64,000 nucleotides of DNA from an uncultured Gemmatimonadales bacterium (lineage in GTDB: Bacteria > Gemmatimonadota > Gemmatimonadetes > Palauibacterales > Palauibacteraceae). A program made the position numbers and the translations under genes. The notes beneath the pieces are model-generated. The model had not been told where the DNA came from. It saw only the letters and a list, made by a program, of their open reading frames with translations, and did not search any database. Positions 19,806 through 28,186 of this stretch are shown here, piece by piece. Location: positions 544,001 to 608,000 of the forward strand of contig CAWANJ010000009.1 of assembly GCA_963783385.1 (NCBI GenBank), read 5' to 3'. The first letter of the stretch is position 1; each line of letters opens with the position of its first letter.

Positions 19806-19854
19806 CGCGCTCCTTTCCTCCGTTGATCCGCGAATCGTCCGGGCACCCCTTCGC

Positions 19855-19884
19855 CATCTAGAGTCCGCGAGTCCGCAAAGTCAA
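19855..19884 (-). promoter_or_regulatory. Candidate sigma70 promoter of the histidine kinase, with a tandem 8-bp repeat in the spacer
   Basis: Minus strand reads TTGACT-N18-TAGATG. The spacer contains (GCGGACTC)x2 at 19861-19876. Confidence 0.4.
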
Positions 19885-20051
19885 GCTCCGGCGGGGAGTC
19901 GCCCCGATGGGTCCGGACGGCAGCCCCGCGTCGCGCTCGCCGTCCCCGCGCACATCCACCGGTGTATCACATGAGGTCAACGGCAGTATCGCGTGGTATA
20001 CAGGTTATATACGGAAGTCGATCATACGCCGCGCTCCGATTATCCCCGCCG

Positions 20052-20060
20052 TTATCCACA
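20052..20060 (+). promoter_or_regulatory. Perfect DnaA box TTATCCACA
   Basis: Exact consensus. A 2-mismatch box TTATCCCCG starts 12 bp upstream at 20040. Confidence 0.65.
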
Positions 20061-20087
20061 TGGCGCATAATGTATATTATGTTAACA
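20060..20087 (+). other. dif: dif site (XerC/XerD chromosome dimer resolution site)
   Basis: ATGGCGCATAA-TGTATA-TTATGTTAACA vs E. coli dif GGTGCGCATAA-TGTATA-TTATGTTAAAT. It is intergenic and AT-rich, and lies where gene orientation and KOPS converge. Confidence 0.95.
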
Positions 20088-20201
20088 AGCGTCGGACACG
20101 CACCCCATCCCGTGGGCCGGACATCCCGGCCACGTCCCCCTCCGCCCCGGGAGGCCGCACCACACCGCAGGTCCCCTCCTTCCTGGAGACCGGCCGGGCC
20201 C

Positions 20202-20957
20202 TCACAGGCGCCCGAACAACGTCTTGATGCGCAGCGCCCACACACGCCACACTGCTTCCCGCACGATGGCCCCGGACATCTTGCTCTCTCCCGTGTCGCG
20301 GTCCACGAACACGATCGGCACCTCGCGCACCTCGAACCCGAGCCTCCAGGCACGGAAGCTCATCTCGATCTGAAAGGCGTAGCCGGTCGAGTCCACGTCG
20401 GAGAAGTCGATCGCCTCGAGGACTTCCCACCGGAAGCACTTGAAGCCGCTGGTGGCGTCGGTGACCCGGAGTCCCGTGACCCAGCGCGCGTACTTGTTGG
20501 CCAGCCAGCTGAGGAGGAGCCGGGACATGGGCCAGTTCACCACGTTCACGCCCCGGAGGTACCGGGAGCCGACCGCCACGCCGCAGGTCTCGGAGGCCTC
20601 CAGGAGATCCGGTAAGTACTTGGGATCATGGGAGAAATCTGCATCCATCTCGATCAGCACGTCATAGGCTTCGCCCAGGCCGAGACGAAAGCCCTCCAGG
20701 TAGGCGGAGCCCAGCCCCAGCTTCCCCGCCCGGTGCAGGACGCGCAGGCGCGGCTCCCCGGCGGCCAGGCGGTCGGCGAGCTCCCCGGTGCCGTCCGGGG
20801 ACGCGTCGTCGACCACGAGGATGTCGATCCTGGGATCGGCGGCGAGGATGGACGGCACGATGCCCGCCAGGTTCTCTACCTCGTCGTAGGTGGGGAGTAC
20901 GACCAGCGCCCTGCCGACGCCGCGGCCCTTCGCCGCCTTCGATCGCGTAGTGCTCAT
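20202..20957 (-). CDS. Polyprenol monophosphomannose synthase-like GT2
   Basis: LPTYDEVEN, VDDASPDGT, GLGSAY, EMDADFSH, DATSGFKCFR, GYAFQIEM. Confidence 0.92.
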   Translation of the reverse strand: MSTTRSKAAKGRGVGRALVVLPTYDEVENLAGIVPSILAADPRIDILVVDDASPDGTGELADRLAAGEPRLRVLHRAGKLGLGSAYLEGFRLGLGEAYDVLIEMDADFSHDPKYLPDLLEASETCGVAVGSRYLRGVNVVNWPMSRLLLSWLANKYARWVTGLRVTDATSGFKCFRWEVLEAIDFSDVDSTGYAFQIEMSFRAWRLGFEVREVPIVFVDRDTGESKMSGAIVREAVWRVWALRIKTLFGRL

Positions 20958-21979
20958 CCCTCGGGACTCTCCGGCGCCTCGTGACCCGGTGGCGCGGCGC
21001 CCTCCGCCCCGCCCTCGTTGGACGACGTACCCGGAGCGCCGTCGGACGAGCCGCCCCGCGCGATCGCACTCGCAGCGGCCACGCCCACCAGCTCGCTGGC
21101 CACCGTCCACACGCGCGCCGCGATCGCCACGGCGGCCGCCGAGGTCGCGGTCAGGAGCGTGAGCGCCAGGAGAAGGGCCGTCATGGCTCCCTCCCGCACG
21201 ACGAGCCCGCCGGGGGCGAGCAGGACCAGGTAGCCGGCCACGTAGCTGGCGGCGAACACGCCGGTGGCCGTGAGGACCCCCACGGGTGCCGTGCTCCACA
21301 GGCCCCGCAGCAGGCACCAGAACCCGAGGCCGTAAGCCAGCCAGGAGAGAACGAGGGCCACGCCCGCCGCGCCCAGGTCGCGGCCCCGTGGCGCCGCGGA
21401 CTCCAGCGATTCCTCCCCGGTCAACCTGGCGGCGAGGCGCGTCACCCACCGGAGGAGCGCCGGATGCAGGAGGAGAGCCAGGACCAGGATGGCCGCGGCC
21501 CACACGAGAGGGCTGCCGCTGTGCGCCGCAGCCAGATCTCCGCCCAGCGTGAGCAGGGCCACCGCCGCCCCGGTGAGCAGCGTGACCACCTGGTAGCCGA
21601 GCGAGGAGGACAGGGCCAGCGCCCCGGAGCCGCCCGTCCGCCGCAGGTGCAGGGCCAGCCCCGAGAGCTGCCACACCTTCCCGGGGATGTAACGTCCCAG
21701 GTTGGTGGCCATCCACACGGCGACGCCACGCCGGTAGCCGAGCCTCCCTCCGCCCGCACGGTACAGGTGGACCCAGGTGCCGCCCATCCAGCCCAGGTTG
21801 AGCGTGGCCAGCACCAGCGCCGCGGCCAGCCAGCCGGGCGACAGGTGGAAGGTCGGCCCCGCTCCGTGACGGAGGGAGGCGAGCGCGCTCCACTGGCGGC
21901 GGAGGAGCAAACCGACGAACAGGACCGCGGCCAGGAAGAACAGACCGGTCACGACCCGGCCCAGAGCCGGTCGCTTCAC
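20954..21979 (-). CDS. Lysylphosphatidylglycerol synthase TM / UPF0104 flippase-like protein
   Basis: LGRYIPGKVW and PGGLVVREG motifs. Multi-TM protein. Confidence 0.85.
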   Translation of the reverse strand: MKRPALGRVVTGLFFLAAVLFVGLLLRRQWSALASLRHGAGPTFHLSPGWLAAALVLATLNLGWMGGTWVHLYRAGGGRLGYRRGVAVWMATNLGRYIPGKVWQLSGLALHLRRTGGSGALALSSSLGYQVVTLLTGAAVALLTLGGDLAAAHSGSPLVWAAAILVLALLLHPALLRWVTRLAARLTGEESLESAAPRGRDLGAAGVALVLSWLAYGLGFWCLLRGLWSTAPVGVLTATGVFAASYVAGYLVLLAPGGLVVREGAMTALLLALTLLTATSAAAVAIAARVWTVASELVGVAAASAIARGGSSDGAPGTSSNEGGAEGAAPPGHEAPESPEG

Positions 21980-24549
21980 GCCCGGTCGGTCCTCCGCCGC
22001 CTGCCCACCCGCCAGCCGATGGCGGCCAGGACCAGGACCAGCGTGAGCCCCGACAGCCAGCGGCCGATCCGGAATGGCCGAGAGCGGTACACGAACCTCA
22101 CCCGGTGCCGCCCCGCGGGGACGCTCACGCCGCGAAAGGCGACGTCGGCCCGCAGCACAGGGACCTCGCGTCCGTCCACGTAGGCGTGCCAGTTCGGGTG
22201 GTAGACCTCGCTCACGAACAGGAGGCCAGCCCGGGAGGCATCGACCTCGAGCGCGAGCTCGTCGGGATGGTCCTCCACGAGGCGGGCGCTGCCCCGTCCC
22301 GCCTGCGGGGGCGGGCCGCGCGTCTCGACCACGGCCGCCTCGGAGGGATCCCGGAGCGCCAGCGTGGCCCGAAGGGCCGCGGTCGTGTCACCGACCGCCC
22401 GGACGCTGTCCGGGAAGAAGGCGTGCGCACGCTCGAGCGCCGTCGCCACGGCGTACAGGTGGACGCCCTCCTCGACCGTATCCTGGACGAGAAGGGGCGT
22501 GTTGACCGCCGAGGGCACCGCCAGGAACCGCAGGTCGAGCATCGGCCACAGGGCCGGGTCCCGGAGGAGATTCTGGAACTCGCCGGTCCCCCCGACCAGG
22601 CGCTCGTACCACGCCAGCCGGAAATTCTGGCTCCCGGTCACCGCCGGGATGCCCCACAGCATGAGCTGGTTGGGGCCGAAGCTGTTCCCGGCTGGCCACA
22701 CGCGCTCTCCGGGCCGGAGCTCCCGCTCCATGCGGGTGACCAGGCCCGGTGCGTCCAGGTAGCGGCGTGCCTCGATCGTGCTCCGATAGCGGCCGTCCAC
22801 CCTCCACAGGTCCGCCACCAGGAGGAGGGCCAGCAGGGCCAGGCTCCAGCGCGGCGCCCGCCGTTCGGCCACGGCCTGGCCCAGCGCCAGGGTCGCGGCC
22901 CACAGCGCGAACACGATGAGCCCCGTGACGCGGAGCGTAGGGACCAGGGAGGCGGGCGGCGAGGGTCGGTGTCCCGCCGGGTACCAGGAGCTCTCGACCC
23001 AGCGCAGGAGCCCGTGCGGTGACAGGAAGGCCGCCAGCGCGAGGAGGAGGAAGGGGGCCGACGCCACCCAGATCCACAGCCACGGGAGGCCGGGCCGATC
23101 CCCCATCGCGGCGCGCGCCCCCTTCCCTCGGCCTCCGCCCTTCTCGGCCCCCGTGCTCCCATTTCCGGCGGCCTCTCGCGCGTCCAGGACGCGCTGGCAG
23201 CCGATGCCGGCCAGGAGCGCCGCGAAGAACTCGATAGGCGGCAGCATCAGGGAGGGAGCGCGGAATTTCTTCACGAAGGGGACGAGCGCGTAAGCAATGC
23301 GGTGCACCGGCGTCGCGCCGCCGAGCGCGAACAGCACCCCGAGCAGCGTGACACCCGCCAAAATCCACGTGCGCCGGTCCCGCCGCGCGCCCACGATCCC
23401 AATGGCCGCCAGGGCCACGGTCACCGCCCCCAGGTACTCCGTGTGGAGCTTGAACGGGTTCGAGCCCCAGTAGGTCCCCAGGGAGCCAATGAGGTCGGGC
23501 AGGAAGAAGGCGCTCACCTCCTGGGGTGGCACAGCCCACGAGGAGGCGAAGGCGTACCCGCCCTGCCCCGCCCCCCTCACGCCGTACTTCATGAGGTCCA
23601 GCGTCGGGAGCAGCTGCATGGAGCCCACCAGGGCGGCGACCAGGAAGGCGAGCGCCGTGTACCCGGCCAGCCGACCCAGCCGGGAGGCGGTCCTCCCCCC
23701 TTCGTCAGGGACGCCGCCGCCGTCGGGCGAAACCAGCACGGCGCGCAGCACGCCGTACAGGAGCAGCATGAGGGCGCCGTAGTACATGATCTGCACGTGC
23801 GGCGTAAAGATCTGGAGCGCCAGGACCAGTCCCATCCCCAGGAAGGGCGCGACGCGGCCCGTTCGGATCCCCCGCTCCAGGAGGGCGAAGGCGGCCGGGA
23901 GCAGCGCCGCCGCGAACATGCGGCCGTCCTGGCCGCCGTGCAGGGTCGCCATGAACCAGCCACCGAACATGAACGCCAGTCCCGAGAACGCCGACGCCCA
24001 GCGGCCCAGGCCCAGCGAGCGCCCGGCCGCGTACGCCAGGATCCCGGCGACCGCCACATGGATCACGAAGGTCCAGCCGATGGCCCGGAACAGCGGCATC
24101 ACCAGGTAGAGGACGCTGCTCGGGTAGAACACCGGCCCCGGCAGGATTCCCAGGTAAGGCACGCCGGAGTAGACGAACGGGTTCCACAACGGCACCCCGC
24201 GGCCCGCCCGCACCTCCTGGACGGCGAAGTGCCGCATCTGGAAGGCCTGCCCGAGCATGTCCGTGCCGAACAGCATGCGGTCGGGATGGAACACGAAGGA
24301 GGCGAAGTAGGCCAGCGCCAGGAGCGCGCACAGGACCCCGAACGTCAGCGGCCCCGGCCCCCCGGCCAGCCCCGCCGCCGTGGGGAGCCACCCCCGGTCG
24401 ACCCCGCCGGACCCCTGCGCCGCACGCGGGTCCCCTGCGGCCGCGCTCACGCCGCCTCCCGCCGCCGGAGCACCAGGAACCACTGGGGTGACAGCCACCG
24501 CAGCACGACCCGCCTCAGCCCCGCCGGCAGGGCCCTCAGCACGCGCCAC
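21976..24549 (-). CDS. YfhO-family GT-C membrane glycosyltransferase (true start probably downstream of 24549)
   Basis: PLWNPFVYSGVP, FYP, EYLG, FRAP, C-terminal LFVSEVYHPNWHAYVDG...FRGVSVPAGRHRVRFVY plus TM helix. Confidence 0.88.
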   Translation of the reverse strand: MARAEGPAGGAEAGRAAVAVTPVVPGAPAAGGGVSAAAGDPRAAQGSGGVDRGWLPTAAGLAGGPGPLTFGVLCALLALAYFASFVFHPDRMLFGTDMLGQAFQMRHFAVQEVRAGRGVPLWNPFVYSGVPYLGILPGPVFYPSSVLYLVMPLFRAIGWTFVIHVAVAGILAYAAGRSLGLGRWASAFSGLAFMFGGWFMATLHGGQDGRMFAAALLPAAFALLERGIRTGRVAPFLGMGLVLALQIFTPHVQIMYYGALMLLLYGVLRAVLVSPDGGGVPDEGGRTASRLGRLAGYTALAFLVAALVGSMQLLPTLDLMKYGVRGAGQGGYAFASSWAVPPQEVSAFFLPDLIGSLGTYWGSNPFKLHTEYLGAVTVALAAIGIVGARRDRRTWILAGVTLLGVLFALGGATPVHRIAYALVPFVKKFRAPSLMLPPIEFFAALLAGIGCQRVLDAREAAGNGSTGAEKGGGRGKGARAAMGDRPGLPWLWIWVASAPFLLLALAAFLSPHGLLRWVESSWYPAGHRPSPPASLVPTLRVTGLIVFALWAATLALGQAVAERRAPRWSLALLALLLVADLWRVDGRYRSTIEARRYLDAPGLVTRMERELRPGERVWPAGNSFGPNQLMLWGIPAVTGSQNFRLAWYERLVGGTGEFQNLLRDPALWPMLDLRFLAVPSAVNTPLLVQDTVEEGVHLYAVATALERAHAFFPDSVRAVGDTTAALRATLALRDPSEAAVVETRGPPPQAGRGSARLVEDHPDELALEVDASRAGLLFVSEVYHPNWHAYVDGREVPVLRADVAFRGVSVPAGRHRVRFVYRSRPFRIGRWLSGLTLVLVLAAIGWRVGRRRRTDRA

Positions 24550-25190
24550 GCCGCCCGTGCGCCCGCACCTCGCCGCTCGCCGAGCAGTTCGTCCACGGCC
24601 CGCTCGGTGCGGTCCTCGACCTCGAGTCCCGCGCCGCAGAGGAGCGCGGCCAGGCGGCCCCAGGTGAGGAAGCGGATGCCGTCGTAGCCACCGCCCCGGC
24701 CCGACGCGCGCACGTAGGCGGCGGCCAGGCCCCGGGGAAGCCAGCTGAGGAACGGGAGCCGGTAGTGGGGCTCCATGATCATCAGGCGATTGCCCGCCGA
24801 CACGTAGGCGGACCCGCCGGGGGCCAGGACCCGGGCCACCTCCCGAAACAGGGCCGCCTGGTCGGACACGTGCTCGTACAGGTGGTTGGCGATGGCGAAG
24901 CCGACCGACCGGTCCGCGAGGGGAAGTCGCAGGACGTCGGCCACCACCATGCGAGGAGATGCCTCCATGAACGAGCGGTCCAGATCGAAGCCCGCGATCG
25001 ACTTGTCGAACATCACCTCGAGCTCGTTCTTGATGATGCCGGTCCCGGCGCCCAGGTCCACGATCCGCCCGGCACGTTCCAGCTCGGTCCGGCAGAGATG
25101 CGCGATCACCCGGGCCTTCTCCGGTCGCTCCTCCCGGTATTCCCGGGAGCGGACGAAGGACTCGTAGCGATCCGCGGTCTGCCCCGTCAT
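24447..25190 (-). CDS. Class I SAM-dependent methyltransferase
   Basis: IVDLGAGTG, DVLRLPLADRS, HLYEHV, RVLAPGG, EPHYRLPFLSWLP. Confidence 0.88.
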   Translation of the reverse strand: MTGQTADRYESFVRSREYREERPEKARVIAHLCRTELERAGRIVDLGAGTGIIKNELEVMFDKSIAGFDLDRSFMEASPRMVVADVLRLPLADRSVGFAIANHLYEHVSDQAALFREVARVLAPGGSAYVSAGNRLMIMEPHYRLPFLSWLPRGLAAAYVRASGRGGGYDGIRFLTWGRLAALLCGAGLEVEDRTERAVDELLGERRGAGARAAWRVLRALPAGLRRVVLRWLSPQWFLVLRRREAA

Positions 25191-26449
25191 CCCCCCACTC
25201 CTGCCTTCCGATCGTCGCGCCGGCCGCCGGCCGACCGCCGGGCGAGCGCCGCCGCGTAAGCGTCCTCGAGCCCGCCCAACACCCGGTCCCACGAGAAATC
25301 CTCCACGGCGCGCCGCCTGCCCTCGCGGGCCACGGCGCGCGTCCGGTCCGGGTCCGCCGCCGCCCGCAGGACGGCTTCCGCCAGGGCCTCCGGGTCGCCG
25401 GGCGGCACCAGCCATCCGCTCCGGTCGTGCACCACGATATCGGGGATCCCGCCGACCCGCGAGGCGAGCACGGGTCGTCCCTGGCGCATGGCCTCGAGCA
25501 GCACCACCCCCAGGCCCTCCGTGTCTCCCTTGCGGTCCACGACCGCCGGGAGCACGAACAGGTCCGCCCGCCGATAGAGCCGGGAGAGCGTCACGCGGGA
25601 CACGTACCCGGTGAGCCGGACACGCTCCTCGACGCCCGCCTCCCGGATCGCCTCCCGGATCACGGGCTCCCACTCTCCCTCCCCGACCACGGTGAGGTGC
25701 GCCGGCCTCCGGCGGAGGATGGCCGGCAGGGCCCGGATCAGGACCTCGACCCCTTTGCGTTCCACGAGCCGTCCCACGAACAGGAGCTCGAGCGGCGCAC
25801 CCGGCCCACCCGACAGGGGCGGCCTCGCCTCGCCCTCGTCGCGGGCCGACCCGTCGCCCACCGCCGCCGCGAATGGCACGACGCGAGCCTCGACGCCGGT
25901 GATCTCCCGGACGAGGTTCGCCGTGGGATGGGAGATGGCGGTCACCTGGTCCGCCGTGCGCGCGCTCCAGCGCAGGAACGGGAGAAGCCAGCGCATCCGC
26001 CGCGACACCCAGGTGAGCTCGACGGAGTAGAAGCTGCACACGAGCGCGCTCCGCCGCCCGGAAGCCCACCGGGCCGCCGCCCCGAACAGCGCGTGGGGCA
26101 TGGGCCAGTGCACATGGACGATGTCCGGCCGCTCGCGGCCCACTCCGAGCGAGGCCACGCTCCCGCCCAGGAGGTAGAGGGGGACGAGCCCGGCGAAGGC
26201 GGGAGAGCGCCGGATCCGGTCGGGAACGGTCTCGTCGTGGGTGAGCGTCTCCCACGGCGCCGGGGCGTAACGGAAGCGGCGGACGGGGATGCCCTCCACC
26301 TCCAGGGCGCCGTCGCCGCGGTAGGAGGGCGCCAGTACCCGCGCGTCCAGGCCGCGCTCCCGCGATCGGCGCACGAGCTCGACCATCCAGGGAGTGATCA
26401 CGTCCCCGGGATGGCGCGGGAACGCGGTCACCACGTGCACGACCCTCAT
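25187..26449 (-). CDS. Glycosyltransferase family 4
   Basis: HVHW, LFVGRLVERKG, EGLGVVLLEAM (EX7E), SRVGGIPDIV. Confidence 0.93.
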   Translation of the reverse strand: MRVVHVVTAFPRHPGDVITPWMVELVRRSRERGLDARVLAPSYRGDGALEVEGIPVRRFRYAPAPWETLTHDETVPDRIRRSPAFAGLVPLYLLGGSVASLGVGRERPDIVHVHWPMPHALFGAAARWASGRRSALVCSFYSVELTWVSRRMRWLLPFLRWSARTADQVTAISHPTANLVREITGVEARVVPFAAAVGDGSARDEGEARPPLSGGPGAPLELLFVGRLVERKGVEVLIRALPAILRRRPAHLTVVGEGEWEPVIREAIREAGVEERVRLTGYVSRVTLSRLYRRADLFVLPAVVDRKGDTEGLGVVLLEAMRQGRPVLASRVGGIPDIVVHDRSGWLVPPGDPEALAEAVLRAAADPDRTRAVAREGRRRAVEDFSWDRVLGGLEDAYAAALARRSAGGRRDDRKAGVGG

Positions 26450-28158
26450 CGGGCGGCCCGGCCCCCCGTCCTACCCCGCGCGGCGCTCCCCGGGGCGCCG
26501 CCTCCTGGTGACGGGGGCCCCAGCGCGGTGCCCCGGGGCGATCGGTACGCGAGGATCCAGGTCGGCGGATCCCCGTTCCGGTACACCACCGTGAAACGCT
26601 CCGCGTGGGACCGCACCGCCGGTACCAGGTACTGGAAGGTGGTGGCCGAGATGGCGTCCAGCACCACGTAGCCGGCTCCCATCGCATCCAGGCCGTTGAG
26701 CAGGAGATCCGTGTCCGACGTGAACCGGTACACGTCGCCCCGCCGATTCGAGAACCAGTAGAACAGGCGGGGCTTGCGGTTGGCCACGACCGCATCCGGC
26801 GGCAGGTTGTCGCGCGCCCAGCGCGCCGCCGCGTAGAAGCTCGACATGGCCGGAGCCTCGCACGGCGTTCCGGCACGGTAGTCGGCGATGCAACGGACGC
26901 GGCCGGGGGCGGTCGAGAACAGGTACACGGCGCCGGGTAGCAGCATGGCGACCGCCGCCACCGCGCCGCTCAGCCGGGCGGCCCGGCGGCGCGGCCCGGC
27001 GCCGTCGCCCGCCGCGGCCCGTGACCTGGCCGCGGACGGTCGCCCGCCTCGCCGGAGCGCTCCCATCGCGGCGGCCCGGGTGCCCACCAGGACGTAGAGG
27101 AGCACCAGGGGCAGCACGGGCAGCAGGAAGCGCCGGTCCGTCCACACCGAGGGCCACAGCGCGATCTCGGCCCCGTACAGGAGGGTGAACAGCTCGGCCA
27201 CGTCCAGCCGCCGCAGGGCGCGGCGGATCCAGCCCGTCACGCCGAGGGCCGCCAGCAGGAGCCCGGCGAGGGTCAGGGGGCCCGCTCCCGCCCCGGTGGC
27301 GCGCGCGGCGGCGCCTGCGCCCGTTAGGGAGCCCGGCAGGATCCCCGAGACGTAGCTCCACAGGTTCCGAGCCCCGCGCGTCACCAGGCCCGCCACGCCC
27401 ACCGTGCCCGCGGCCGGATCGTAGGGATTGGCCAGGACGAGCTGGCGCAGATAGCCCGCCTGCTCGGGCGCGGCCAGGTGCTGGTAGAGGCTCCAGCCTC
27501 CCGCCGCCACCACCGCCACGGCCAGCGCCATTCCGGCACGCCTCCAGCGACGGGCGAGGAGGGGAGCCAGCACGGCCGCGCCGAGGAGCGGCAGTCCGGC
27601 CGTGCGCGTCAGGAAGGCGGCGGCCACCGCCACGTAGCCGGCCCAGGCCGGGAGCGGAGACCCCTCCGAGAGCGCCCACAACGAGAACAGCACCAGGGCC
27701 ACGAACGGGGCCTCCGAGAGGACGTAGTGGCCGTACTCGAGCAGAACGGGGTTGAGCGCCACCACGAACGCGGCCAGCACGCCCCCGGCCGCGCCCAGCC
27801 ACCGCCGTCCGAGCAGGCCGGTGAGCGCCACGGCGGTCGTGGTGAGCGCCAGGGAGGCCAGCTTGAACAGCGGCACGCCTCCCGCCCAGCCCAGGACCGC
27901 CAGGAGGGCGGGATAGGCCGGCGGATACTTGGTGTGGAGGGGTGCGGCAGGCAGATACAGGTCGCGGTAGCCCCGGAGCGTGCGCAGCGCCCGGCCCAGG
28001 ATCATGTAGCCGGCGTTGTCGCCGCCCGGGAACAGGGTGGGCTCGAACAGCAGCAGTCCCGCCACGACGTGGACCGCGCAGGCCACCGCGAGCCACCCGC
28101 GCGGGGTGAGTCCCCCGAAGCGCCGCGGCTCCGCGGCACGTCCGGCGGCTTCGCTCAC
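26446..28158 (-). CDS. GT-C (ArnT/PMT-2-like) membrane glycosyltransferase
   Basis: GDNAGY after the first TM helix, YPPAYPALL, LSEAPF, TRTAG, RFLLPVLP. Many TM helices. Confidence 0.8.
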   Translation of the reverse strand: MSEAAGRAAEPRRFGGLTPRGWLAVACAVHVVAGLLLFEPTLFPGGDNAGYMILGRALRTLRGYRDLYLPAAPLHTKYPPAYPALLAVLGWAGGVPLFKLASLALTTTAVALTGLLGRRWLGAAGGVLAAFVVALNPVLLEYGHYVLSEAPFVALVLFSLWALSEGSPLPAWAGYVAVAAAFLTRTAGLPLLGAAVLAPLLARRWRRAGMALAVAVVAAGGWSLYQHLAAPEQAGYLRQLVLANPYDPAAGTVGVAGLVTRGARNLWSYVSGILPGSLTGAGAAARATGAGAGPLTLAGLLLAALGVTGWIRRALRRLDVAELFTLLYGAEIALWPSVWTDRRFLLPVLPLVLLYVLVGTRAAAMGALRRGGRPSAARSRAAAGDGAGPRRRAARLSGAVAAVAMLLPGAVYLFSTAPGRVRCIADYRAGTPCEAPAMSSFYAAARWARDNLPPDAVVANRKPRLFYWFSNRRGDVYRFTSDTDLLLNGLDAMGAGYVVLDAISATTFQYLVPAVRSHAERFTVVYRNGDPPTWILAYRSPRGTALGPPSPGGGAPGSAARGRTGGRAAR

Positions 28159-28186
28159 GAGCGTCCGGGCGCCGGGACGACCTGTC

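Noticed and set aside
19840-19855. Possible sigma54 -24/-12 site GGGCACCCCTTCGC
   Set aside because: Poor match to TGGCAC-N5-TTGC, and it points toward no gene.
19950-20090. AT-rich region with DnaA boxes interpreted as oriC
   Set aside because: It contains a dif site, genes and KOPS converge rather than diverge, only one box is perfect, and no dnaA/dnaN/gidA is nearby.
17891-20202. Integrative element exploiting Xer (IMEX) at dif
   Set aside because: I saw no second dif-like site and no replication or phage genes.
19907-20615. ORFs 19907..20227, 19962..20615, 19967..20353 and 20077..20439 crossing dif
   Set aside because: No recognisable motifs, atypical composition, and they overlap dif and the GT2 gene.
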